A stretch of 24,885 nt of DNA from a virus: the UHGV virus genome UHGV-1599822; one strand, given 5' to 3'. A program made the position numbers and the translations under genes. The notes beneath the pieces are model-generated. The model was not told the DNA's origin. It saw only the letters and a program-made list of their open reading frames with translations, and searched no databases. This document shows positions 9,476 to 24,885 of this stretch, one piece after another; positions within the stretch are counted from its first letter, which is position 1; every line of letters starts with the position of its first letter.

Positions 9476-10472
9476 TTCAAGTGTTATCTATCGTGCGATA
9501 GTTACTTCAAAATTTAGAACAGAAAAAATGTTGAATTTTTATAATTCAATTGGGAGTGGTCCGGATAAAAACACTATCTTTATCACATTTGGAAGATCAG
9601 AACCGTGGTCATCAAATGAAAATGAGGTGGGCTTTGCTCCACCTTATCCAACTGATTCTGTATTAGGCGTAACTGACATGTGGACGCATATGATGGGAAC
9701 AGTAAAGGTTCTTCCATCAATGCTTGACGCAGTTATTCCTCGTCGAGATTGGGGAGATACTAGATATCCGGATCCGTATACATTTAGAATTAACGATATT
9801 GTAGTGTGTAACTCAGCTCCTTACAACGCTACTGAATCAGGCGCAGGCTGGTTAGTATATCGTTGTTTAGATGTTCCTGATACTGGAATGTGTTCAATTG
9901 CATCTTTAACTGATAAGGATGAATGCCTTAAATTAGGCGGAAAATGGACACCTTCTGTTAGGTCAATGACTCCTCCTGAAGGTCGAGGAGATGCTGAAGG
10001 AACAATTGAACCTGGGGACGGGTATGTATGGGAATATCTTTTTGAGATTCCACCCGATGTATCTATAAATAGATGCACGAATGAATATATTGTGGTTCCT
10101 TGGCCTGAGGAATTAAAAGAAGACCCGACTAGATGGGGATATGAAGATAATCTCACTTGGCAGCAAGATGATTTTGGATTAATTTACCGGGTTAAGGCAA
10201 ATACTATCCGTTTTAAAGCATATTTAGATTCAGTTTATTTTCCTGATGCTGCATTGCCAGGAAATAAAGGATTTAGACAAATATCAATAATCACGAATCC
10301 TCTTGAAGCTAAAGCTCATCCAAATGACCCAAACGTTAAAGCTGAAAAGGATTATTATGACCCAGAAGATTTAATGAGGCATTCGGGCGAAATGATTTAT
10401 ATGGAAAATAGGCCACCTATTATTATGGCAATGGATCAAACAGAAGAAATCAATATTCTGTTTACATTTTAA
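9468..10472 (+). CDS. 8: Baseplate wedge protein gp8
   Basis: 334 aa, matching T4 gp8 in length and synteny. Confidence 0.9.
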   Translation: MNDSSVIYRAIVTSKFRTEKMLNFYNSIGSGPDKNTIFITFGRSEPWSSNENEVGFAPPYPTDSVLGVTDMWTHMMGTVKVLPSMLDAVIPRRDWGDTRYPDPYTFRINDIVVCNSAPYNATESGAGWLVYRCLDVPDTGMCSIASLTDKDECLKLGGKWTPSVRSMTPPEGRGDAEGTIEPGDGYVWEYLFEIPPDVSINRCTNEYIVVPWPEELKEDPTRWGYEDNLTWQQDDFGLIYRVKANTIRFKAYLDSVYFPDAALPGNKGFRQISIITNPLEAKAHPNDPNVKAEKDYYDPEDLMRHSGEMIYMENRPPIIMAMDQTEEINILFTF

Positions 10473-10477
10473 ATTAA

Positions 10478-10502
10478 GGGAGCCCATGGGCTCCCTTTTT
10501 TT
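10478..10502 (+). terminator. Rho-independent terminator after gene 8
   Basis: Perfect 18-nt GC-rich palindrome GGGAGCCCATGGGCTCCC (10478-10495) followed directly by a run of seven T (10496-10502), starting 6 nt after the gene 8 stop. Confidence 0.8.
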
Positions 10503-10505
10503 CTT

Positions 10506-10513
10506 TATAAATA
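10506..10513 (+). promoter_or_regulatory. T4-type late promoter box TATAAATA for gene 9
   Basis: Exact TATAAATA 3 nt after the terminator T-run and 24 nt upstream of the gene 9 ATG; SD AAGGA at 10526-10530. Confidence 0.75.
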
Positions 10514-10537
10514 TTATAAACTCATAAGGAAACCGCT

Positions 10538-11404
10538 ATGTTCATTCAAGAACCAAAGAAATTGATTGATACCGGCGAAATTGGTAACGCTTCTACTGGT
10601 GATATCTTATTCGACGGTGGTAATAAAATTAATAGTGATTTTAACGCAATTTATAATGCGTTTGGCGATCAGCGTAAAATGGCAGTAGCAAATGGCACTG
10701 GAGCAGATGGTCAAATTATCCATGCTACTGGATATTATCAAAAGCACTCTATCGCGGAGTACGCAACTCCAGTGAAAGTTGGCACTAGACATGATATTGA
10801 TACCTCTACTGTAGGTGTTAAAGTTATTATTGAAAGAGGAGAACTTGGCGATTGTGTTGAATTTATTAACTCAAATGGATCAATATCAGTTACTAATCCT
10901 TTAACAATTCAGGCTATTGATTCAATTAAAGGCGTTTCGGGTAATTTGGTAGTAACTAGCCCATATAGTAAAGTTACTTTACGATGTATTTCATCTGATA
11001 ATTCTACATCTGTTTGGAATTATTCTATTGAAAGTATGTTTGGACAAAAGGAATCACCAGCTGAAGGTACATGGAATATTTCTACATCTGGATCAGTTGA
11101 CATTCCACTATTTCACCGTACTGAATATAACATGGCTAAATTGTTAGTTACGTGCCAATCGATAGATGGAAGAAAAATTAAAACAGCAGAAATAAATATT
11201 CTTGTGGATAATGTTAATTCAGAGGTCATTTCTTCTGAATATGCTGTCATGCGAGTTGGGAATGAAACCGAAGAAGACGAAATCGCTAATATTGCATTTA
11301 GTATTAAAACAAATTATGTAACAGCGACTATAAGTTCTTCAACTGTCGGTATGAGAGCAGCAGTTAAAGTTATCGCTACGCAGAAAATCGGGGTGGCTCA
11401 ATAA
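10538..11404 (+). CDS. 9: Baseplate wedge protein gp9 (long tail fibre attachment)
   Basis: 288 aa, matching T4 gp9 in length and synteny; has its own terminator-promoter junction upstream. Confidence 0.9.
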   Translation: MFIQEPKKLIDTGEIGNASTGDILFDGGNKINSDFNAIYNAFGDQRKMAVANGTGADGQIIHATGYYQKHSIAEYATPVKVGTRHDIDTSTVGVKVIIERGELGDCVEFINSNGSISVTNPLTIQAIDSIKGVSGNLVVTSPYSKVTLRCISSDNSTSVWNYSIESMFGQKESPAEGTWNISTSGSVDIPLFHRTEYNMAKLLVTCQSIDGRKIKTAEINILVDNVNSEVISSEYAVMRVGNETEEDEIANIAFSIKTNYVTATISSSTVGMRAAVKVIATQKIGVAQ

Positions 11405-13209
11405 TGAAACAAAATATTAATATCGGTAATGTTGTTGATGATGGTACCGGTGACTACCTGCGTAAAGGTGGTATAAAAATAAATGAAAACTTTGATGAAC
11501 TTTATTACGAGCTTGGTGATGGAGATGTTCCATATTCAGCCGGTGCCTGGAAAACTTATAATGCTTCATCCGGTCAAACATTAAAAGCTAAGTGGGGAAA
11601 ATCATACGCTATTAATACCTCTTCTGGAAGAGTAACTCTACAACTTCCTAAAGGAACCGTTAATGATTATAATAAAGTAATTAAAGCTAGGGATGTATTT
11701 GCAACATGGAATGTTAATCCAGTTACTCTAGTAGCCGCTTCTGGTGATACTATTAAAGGATCATCGTCATCAGTTGAAATTAATGTTCAATTTAGCGATT
11801 TAGAGTTAGTTTATTGTGCTCCAGGACGCTGGGAATATGTCAAAAACAAACAAATTGACAAAATTATTAGTTCAGATATTAGTAATGTAGCACGTAAAGA
11901 ATTTTTAGTCGAAGTTCAAGGACAAACAGACTTTTTAGATGTTTTCCGCGGAACTAGCTATAATGTTAATAACATCCGAGTAAAACACCGTGGTAATGAA
12001 TTATATTACGGCGATGTATTTAGTGAAAACAGTGACTTTGGCTCTCCTGGGGAAAATGAAGGAGAATTGATTCCTCTTGATGGATTTAATATTAGGTTAA
12101 GACAGCCTTGTAATATTGGTGACACTGTTCAAATTGAAACATTTATGGATGGTATATCACAATGGAGAAGTTCATATACAAGACGCCAAATAAAAGTATT
12201 AGATTCAAAATTAACGTCAAAAACTTCTTTAGAAGGAAGTATTTACGTTACTGATTTATCAACAATGAAATCAATTCCATTCTCTGCATTTGGATTAATT
12301 CCTGGAGAACCTATTAATCCTAATTCTCTTGAAGTTCGTTTTAATGGAATTTTACAACAACAAGCTGGAACAGCAGGATATCCTCTGTTTTTGTGTGAAG
12401 GTGCTAACTCAGATACGCAAGCAGGATGTATATCTCTTGGTGGTGAATGGAAAGAATCGAACACAGATTATTCTATAGAATATGAAGATGGAAAACCTGT
12501 CAGTCTTTTATTTGATAGAAAATTTGAATCAGGTGATATAATCGTTATAACATGGTTTAATAATGATTTAGGAACTCTTTTAGAAAAAGATGACATTATT
12601 GAATTAACTGATGACCGTTATGTTAGTAAAGGATCATCTACTGAAGTTACTGGGGATGTAGCCTTAACAGATTTTGATAAAATCGGTTGGCCAAATGTTG
12701 AAAAAGTTGATTCTTATACTAGAACATATAATTCAATATCATCTATTTTCGACAGCATTTATCCTGTTGGTTCAATTTATGAAAATGCTATAAACCCAAA
12801 TAATCCGGTGACTTATATGGGATTTGGTTCATGGAAATTATTTGGTAAAGGACAAGTTTTAGTAGGATGGAATGATGATGTTACGGATCCAAACTTTGCT
12901 TTAAACAATAATGATTTAGATTCTAGCGGAAATCCTTCACATACTGCCGGTGGAACAGTTGGTACAACATCAGTAACGCTTGAAAACGCAAATCTTCCTG
13001 CGACTAAAACTGATGAAAGAGTTTTAATTGAAGACGAAAATGGATCAGTTATTATTGGAGGATGTCAATATGACCCAGACGAAACTGGTCCTATATATAC
13101 AAAATATCGTGAAGACTACGCAACAACAAACTCTTCACATACTCCTCCTACTAATATTAGTAATATTCAACCGTCTATTACTGTATACCGTTGGATAAGG
13201 ATTGCATAA
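11404..13209 (+). CDS. 10: Baseplate wedge protein gp10 (tail pin)
   Basis: 601 aa (T4 gp10 is 602 from memory). TAATG overlap with gene 9. N-terminal motif is shared with gp9. Confidence 0.9.
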   Translation: MKQNINIGNVVDDGTGDYLRKGGIKINENFDELYYELGDGDVPYSAGAWKTYNASSGQTLKAKWGKSYAINTSSGRVTLQLPKGTVNDYNKVIKARDVFATWNVNPVTLVAASGDTIKGSSSSVEINVQFSDLELVYCAPGRWEYVKNKQIDKIISSDISNVARKEFLVEVQGQTDFLDVFRGTSYNVNNIRVKHRGNELYYGDVFSENSDFGSPGENEGELIPLDGFNIRLRQPCNIGDTVQIETFMDGISQWRSSYTRRQIKVLDSKLTSKTSLEGSIYVTDLSTMKSIPFSAFGLIPGEPINPNSLEVRFNGILQQQAGTAGYPLFLCEGANSDTQAGCISLGGEWKESNTDYSIEYEDGKPVSLLFDRKFESGDIIVITWFNNDLGTLLEKDDIIELTDDRYVSKGSSTEVTGDVALTDFDKIGWPNVEKVDSYTRTYNSISSIFDSIYPVGSIYENAINPNNPVTYMGFGSWKLFGKGQVLVGWNDDVTDPNFALNNNDLDSSGNPSHTAGGTVGTTSVTLENANLPATKTDERVLIEDENGSVIIGGCQYDPDETGPIYTKYREDYATTNSSHTPPTNISNIQPSITVYRWIRIA

Positions 13210-13868
13210 TGAGTTTACTTAATAATAAAGCGGGAGTTATTTCCCGCTTAGCAGATTTTCTTGGTTTTAGAACTAAGAAAAATGATATTTCGGTTATGAA
13301 TAATCAGCCGGTAGGCGCTGTAACAATTTCACAAATATCAAAAGGTTTTTATGACTCAAATGTAGAATCTGCTATCAATGATGTTAGAAATATGGCAGAG
13401 CAACAGGTTGGAGCTGTATTAATTAATATAAGCGGCGTATCTCCTACTGGCGTGCAACAAACCGACTATTGGTCATTTGAAGGAACTGTTACTGATACTT
13501 CAGCCAAACCAGGTGACCCAGTTATTGTTAACATGTTTGGTATTCCAGTTAAAGCTACTAATGGAATGACTTCAATTGAATTTACTAGTGCTGTTAGAAC
13601 AGCTCTACAGGAAATGGTTGTAAAATTTATTGCAATTGATTCATTTGAAGACCATCCTACTATAGGGAATAAAATACAAGTTAAGTATTTAGATAACCAA
13701 GAACATATCTTAGAGCAATACTCTGATAAAGGAATTACTTTCAAACAAGAAATAATTTCTCCTTCTAAACCCGGGTATGGAACTTGGCAATTATTAGGTG
13801 CGCAAACTGTTACGCTAGATAGTCATACACAACCTACAGTATTTTATTATTTTGAGAGAATAGCATGA
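13209..13868 (+). CDS. 11: Baseplate wedge protein gp11 (short tail fibre attachment)
   Basis: Track ORF starts at a TTG (13191). The first ATG at 13209 forms a TAATG junction with the gene 10 stop and gives 219 aa, the T4 gp11 length from memory ([20 protein letters not shown]...). Confidence 0.88.
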   Translation: MSLLNNKAGVISRLADFLGFRTKKNDISVMNNQPVGAVTISQISKGFYDSNVESAINDVRNMAEQQVGAVLINISGVSPTGVQQTDYWSFEGTVTDTSAKPGDPVIVNMFGIPVKATNGMTSIEFTSAVRTALQEMVVKFIAIDSFEDHPTIGNKIQVKYLDNQEHILEQYSDKGITFKQEIISPSKPGYGTWQLLGAQTVTLDSHTQPTVFYYFERIA

Positions 13869-15415
13869 GTAACAATACATATCAGCACGTATCAAATGAA
13901 TCAAAATATGTTAAATTCGATCCCACTGGATCGAATTTTCCTGGCACTGTTACGACAGTACAGTCTGCATTATCAAAAATAAGTAATATCGGCGTAAATG
14001 GTATTCCTGATGCAACTATGGAAGTTAAAGGAATAGCAATGATTGCATCAGAGCAAGAGGTTTTAGATGGAACAAATAATTCTAAAATCGTTACACCAGC
14101 TACATTAGCAACAAGACTATTGTATCCAAATGCTACTGAAACTAAATATGGTTTAACGCGCTATTCAACAAATGAAGAAACATTAGAAGGCTCAGATAAT
14201 AATTCATCAATAACGCCGCAAAAACTGAAATACCATACTGATGATGTGTTCAAAAATAGATATTCGTCTGAGTCATCAAACGGGGTTATTAAAATATCAT
14301 CTACGCCTGCAGCTTTGGCTGGTGTCGATGATACTACGGCGATGACTCCGTTGAAAACCCAAAAACTTGCAATAAAATTAATTTCGCAAATAGCTCCTTC
14401 AGAAGACACTGCAACAGAATCGGTGAGAGGAGTAGTTCAATTATCTACTGTTGCACAAATTCGTCAAGGAACTCTCCGCGAAGGATATGCAATTTCCCCG
14501 TATACCTTTATGAATTCTGTTGCAACACATGAATATAAGGGTGTTATACGCCTAGGAACGCAGACTGAAATTAATAATAATTTGGGTGGTGTTGCAGTAA
14601 CAGGTGAAACACTAAATGGTCGAGGAGCTACTGGTTCTATGCGTGGAGTAGTTAAATTAACGACGCAAGCCGGTATTGCCCCTGAAGGTGATAGCTCTGG
14701 AGCATTAGCATGGAACGCAGATGTAATTAATACGCGTGGTGGACAAACTATTAATGGTTCTTTAAATTTAGATCATCTCACAGCAAATGGAATTTGGTCG
14801 CGCGACGGAATGTGGAAAAATGGCGATCAACCTGTTGCCACTGAAAGATACGCGTCCGAAAGAGTTCCAGTTGGAACTATTATGATGTTTGCGGGTGATT
14901 CAGCACCTCCAGGTTGGATTATGTGTCATGGTGGAACCGTGTCAGGTGACCAATTTCCTGATTATAGAAACGTAGTTGGAACAAGATTTGGTGGGGATTG
15001 GAATAATCCAGGGATTCCTGATATGCGAGGTCTTTTCGTCAGAGGAGCTGGCACAGGCGGTCATATTTTAAATCAACGAGGACAAGATGGTTATGGAAAG
15101 GATAGACTTGGCGTAGGATGTGACGGAATGCATGTTGGCGGTGTTCAAGCACAACAAATGTCATACCATAAACACGCTGGTGGTTGGGGAGAATATAACA
15201 GAAGTGAAGGTCCATTTGGCGCGTCTGTTTATCAAGGATATCTTGGAACTAGAAAATATTCCGACTGGGATAACGCTTCATACTTCACCAATGATGGATT
15301 TGAATTAGGTGGACCGAGAGATGCCCTTGGTACACTTAATCGCGAAGGATTAATTGGTTATGAAACTAGACCATGGAATATATCATTAAACTATATTATT
15401 AAAGTTCATTACTAA
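13865..15415 (+). CDS. 12: Short tail fibre protein gp12
   Basis: 516 aa (T4 gp12 is 527 from memory). ATGA overlap with gene 11. N-terminal repeated fibre motifs ([25 protein letters not shown]; [26 protein letters not shown]; [17 protein letters not shown]). C-terminal globular domain with HKH metal-binding motif ([11 protein letters not shown]). Confidence 0.9.
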   Translation: MSNNTYQHVSNESKYVKFDPTGSNFPGTVTTVQSALSKISNIGVNGIPDATMEVKGIAMIASEQEVLDGTNNSKIVTPATLATRLLYPNATETKYGLTRYSTNEETLEGSDNNSSITPQKLKYHTDDVFKNRYSSESSNGVIKISSTPAALAGVDDTTAMTPLKTQKLAIKLISQIAPSEDTATESVRGVVQLSTVAQIRQGTLREGYAISPYTFMNSVATHEYKGVIRLGTQTEINNNLGGVAVTGETLNGRGATGSMRGVVKLTTQAGIAPEGDSSGALAWNADVINTRGGQTINGSLNLDHLTANGIWSRDGMWKNGDQPVATERYASERVPVGTIMMFAGDSAPPGWIMCHGGTVSGDQFPDYRNVVGTRFGGDWNNPGIPDMRGLFVRGAGTGGHILNQRGQDGYGKDRLGVGCDGMHVGGVQAQQMSYHKHAGGWGEYNRSEGPFGASVYQGYLGTRKYSDWDNASYFTNDGFELGGPRDALGTLNREGLIGYETRPWNISLNYIIKVHY

Positions 15416-16882
<1,467 letters not shown>

Positions 16883-16885
16883 CAT

Positions 16886-16901
16886 GGGGCCGCAAGGCCC
16901 C
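16886..16901 (+). other. GC-rich stem-loop with GCAA tetraloop between wac and gene 13
   Basis: GGGGCC-GCAA-GGCCCC: 6 GC pairs closing a GNRA tetraloop, starting 4 nt after the wac stop. No uninterrupted T-run follows; the next bases are AAAGGATTTT, which hold the gene 13 SD. Confidence 0.55.
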
Positions 16902-16913
16902 AAAGGATTTTAA

Positions 16914-19424
<2,511 letters not shown>

Positions 19425-19465
19425 TAAATATTATAAACTAATTAAAGCCCAGATTAGGAGAAATC

Positions 19466-22606
<3,141 letters not shown>

Positions 22607-22634
22607 TATTAAAGCATATTAAAGAGGATTAAAA

Positions 22635-24614
22635 ATGACTTTATTATCTCCGGGCATTGAGCTCAAAGAAACTACGGTTCAAAGCACCGTGGTTAATAAC
22701 TCTACTGGTACAGCAGCTTTGGCCGGTAAATTCCAGTGGGGTCCTGCTTTTCAGATTAAACAGGTTACAAACGAAGTAGATTTAGTTAATACTTTTGGTC
22801 AACCTACAGCTGAAACTGCTGACTATTTTATGTCTGCAATGAATTTCTTACAATATGGAAATGATTTGCGAGTTGTGCGCGCTGTCGATAGAGATACCGC
22901 TAAAAACTCATCTCCGATTGCTGGTAATATTGAATACACAATTTCTACCCCAGGTAGTAACTACGCGGTTGGAGATAAAATCACGGTCAAATATGTTTCA
23001 GAAGATGTTGAAACAGAAGGTAAAATTACCGAAGTAGATGCTGATGGAAAAATTAAGAAAATTAATATTCCTACTGCAAAAATTATTGCTAAAGCTAAAG
23101 AAGTTGGCGAATACCCAACATTAGGTTCTAACTGGACTGCAGAAATTTCTTCATCTTCTTCCGGTTTAGCTGCAGTAATAACTCTTGGAAAAATTATTAC
23201 TGATTCCGGTATTTTATTAGCTGAAATCGAGAGCGCTGAAGCTGCAATTACAGCGGTTGACTTTCAAGCAAATCTCGAAAAATACGGAATTCCAGGAGTA
23301 GTAGCTCTTTATCCAGGCGAATTAGGCGATAAAATTGAAATTGAAATCGTATCTAAAGCTGACTACGCAAAAGGTGCTTCTGCATTACTTCCAATTTATC
23401 CAGGTGGCGGAACACGCGCATCTACTGCTAAAGCGGTGTTTGGATATGGACCACAAACTGATTCACAATACGCTATCATAGTTCGTCGCAATGATGCTAT
23501 TGTTCAAAGCGTTGTTCTTTCAACAAAGCGTGGTGAAAAAGATATTTACGATAGTAACATCTATATCGATGACTTTTTCGCAAAAGGTGGTTCAGAATAT
23601 ATTTTTGCAACTGCACAAAACTGGCCAGAAGGCTTCTCTGGAATTTTAACTCTGTCTGGTGGATTATCATCAAATGCTGAAGTAACAGCAGGAGATTTGA
23701 TGGAAGCTTGGGACTTCTTTGCTGACCGTGAATCTGTTGATGTTCAGTTGTTTATTGCGGGTTCTTGTGCCGGTGAATCTTTAGAAACAGCATCTACTGT
23801 CCAAAAACACGTCGTTTCAATTGGGGATGCTCGCCAAGATTGCTTAGTATTGTGCTCACCACCGCGTGAAACTGTAGTTGGAATTCCTGTAACTCGTGCA
23901 GTAGATAATTTAGTTAACTGGAGAACTGCGGCAGGTTCATACACTGATAATAACTTTAATATCAGTTCAACCTATGCAGCAATCGACGGCAACTACAAAT
24001 ATCAGTATGACAAATATAATGATGTGAATCGTTGGGTTCCATTAGCAGCTGATATTGCAGGTTTATGCGCAAGAACTGATAACGTATCTCAGACTTGGAT
24101 GTCACCAGCTGGTTATAATCGTGGCCAAATTTTGAACGTTATTAAACTGGCTATTGAAACTCGCCAGGCTCAGCGCGACCGTTTATACCAAGAAGCTATC
24201 AACCCGGTAACTGGTACAGGTGGTGATGGTTACGTATTGTATGGTGATAAAACAGCTACTTCTGTTCCTTCTCCGTTTGATCGTATTAACGTTCGTCGTC
24301 TGTTTAATATGTTGAAAACGAATATCGGACGTAGTTCAAAATATCGTTTGTTCGAATTAAACAATGCGTTTACTCGTTCTTCATTCCGTACAGAAACTGC
24401 TCAGTACTTGCAAGGAATTAAAGCTCTTGGCGGAATTTATGAATATCGTGTAGTTTGCGATACAACAAATAACACTCCGTCAGTAATTGATAGAAATGAG
24501 TTTGTTGCAACATTCTACATCCAACCGGCGCGCAGTATAAATTATATCCAGCTTAACTTCGTTGCGACTGCTACTGGTGCAGATTTCGATGAGTTAACTG
24601 GTCTTGCTGGTTAA
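22635..24614 (+). CDS. 18: Tail sheath protein gp18
   Basis: 659 aa as in T4 gp18; N-terminus MTLLSPGIELKETTVQSTVVNNSTGTAALAGKF matches my recollection of T4 gp18; located between gp17 and gp19. Confidence 0.95.
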   Translation: MTLLSPGIELKETTVQSTVVNNSTGTAALAGKFQWGPAFQIKQVTNEVDLVNTFGQPTAETADYFMSAMNFLQYGNDLRVVRAVDRDTAKNSSPIAGNIEYTISTPGSNYAVGDKITVKYVSEDVETEGKITEVDADGKIKKINIPTAKIIAKAKEVGEYPTLGSNWTAEISSSSSGLAAVITLGKIITDSGILLAEIESAEAAITAVDFQANLEKYGIPGVVALYPGELGDKIEIEIVSKADYAKGASALLPIYPGGGTRASTAKAVFGYGPQTDSQYAIIVRRNDAIVQSVVLSTKRGEKDIYDSNIYIDDFFAKGGSEYIFATAQNWPEGFSGILTLSGGLSSNAEVTAGDLMEAWDFFADRESVDVQLFIAGSCAGESLETASTVQKHVVSIGDARQDCLVLCSPPRETVVGIPVTRAVDNLVNWRTAAGSYTDNNFNISSTYAAIDGNYKYQYDKYNDVNRWVPLAADIAGLCARTDNVSQTWMSPAGYNRGQILNVIKLAIETRQAQRDRLYQEAINPVTGTGGDGYVLYGDKTATSVPSPFDRINVRRLFNMLKTNIGRSSKYRLFELNNAFTRSSFRTETAQYLQGIKALGGIYEYRVVCDTTNNTPSVIDRNEFVATFYIQPARSINYIQLNFVATATGADFDELTGLAG

Positions 24615-24630
24615 TATGGTGCATTCTAAA

Positions 24631-24648
24631 GGCCTGTTTCGGCAGGCC
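24631..24648 (+). other. Stem-loop with UUCG-type tetraloop 3' of gene 18
   Basis: GGCCTGT-TTCG-GCAGGCC: six Watson-Crick pairs plus a closing T-G wobble around a TTCG tetraloop, 17 nt after the gene 18 stop. No T-run follows; a late promoter box follows instead. Confidence 0.55.
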
Positions 24649-24649
24649 A

Positions 24650-24657
24650 TATAAATA
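24650..24657 (+). promoter_or_regulatory. T4-type late promoter box TATAAATA (distal) for gene 19
   Basis: Exact TATAAATA 2 nt after the hairpin, 74 nt upstream of the gene 19 ATG. Confidence 0.65.
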
Positions 24658-24708
24658 CACTATATCCTTAATTCTTTAATTCTATATGCCCTAGGTTAAA
24701 CATAGGGA

Positions 24709-24716
24709 TATAAATA
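24709..24716 (+). promoter_or_regulatory. T4-type late promoter box TATAAATA (proximal) for gene 19
   Basis: Exact TATAAATA 15 nt upstream of the gene 19 ATG (24731); SD AGAGG at 24721-24725. A 5-bp stem (CCCTA / TAGGG) precedes it. Confidence 0.7.
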
Positions 24717-24730
24717 CTACAGAGGCTAAT

Positions 24731-24885
24731 ATGTTTGTAGATGATGTAACACGAGCGTTTGAATCTGGTGATTTTGCTCGACCTAACTTATTCCAAGTAG
24801 AAATTTCTTATCTTGGACAAAATTTTACATTCCAATGTAAAGCCACTGCTTTACCAGCTGGTATTGTAGAAAAAATTCCAGTCGG
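24731..24885 (+). CDS. 19: Tail tube protein gp19 (partial; N-terminal 51 codons)
   Basis: ORF open to the window edge. Translation MFVDDVTRAFESGDFARPNLFQVEISYLGQNFTFQCKATALPAGIVEKIPV matches my recollection of the T4 gp19 N-terminus and its position after gene 18. Confidence 0.9.
   Translation, partial: MFVDDVTRAFESGDFARPNLFQVEISYLGQNFTFQCKATALPAGIVEKIPV

Noticed and set aside
10064-10071. Exact TATAAATA inside gene 8, 474 nt upstream of gene 9.
   Set aside because: About three chance occurrences per strand are expected at this base composition, and gene 9 already has a promoter at 10506. Probably fortuitous, though an internal late promoter cannot be excluded without transcript mapping.

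Overview
The window is a contiguous, densely coded (~97%) slice of the late morphogenesis and packaging region of a T4-like (T-even) myovirus, not a novel system. Gene order and protein lengths match phage T4 gene for gene: genes 2 and 4 on the minus strand, then on the plus strand 53, 5, 5.1, 5.4, 6, 7, 8, 9, 10, 11, 12, wac, 13, 14, 15, 16, 17, 18 and the start of 19. T4 identities are from memory of T4 protein lengths and motifs; no search was run. The one accessory element is an 810-bp gene for a freestanding HNH homing endonuclease with a tandem C-terminal zinc-finger pair, inserted exactly between neck genes 13 and 14. T4 itself, as I recall it, has no gene there. Regulatory signals are visible directly: exact TATAAATA late-promoter boxes sit just upstream of genes 53, 4, 9, 18 and 19, a strong intrinsic terminator follows gene 8, and GC-rich tetraloop hairpins follow wac and gene 18. 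No tRNA, rRNA, CRISPR array, integrase or transposase was seen. I find no evidence of a multi-gene undescribed system; the endonuclease insertion is the best candidate for something new.
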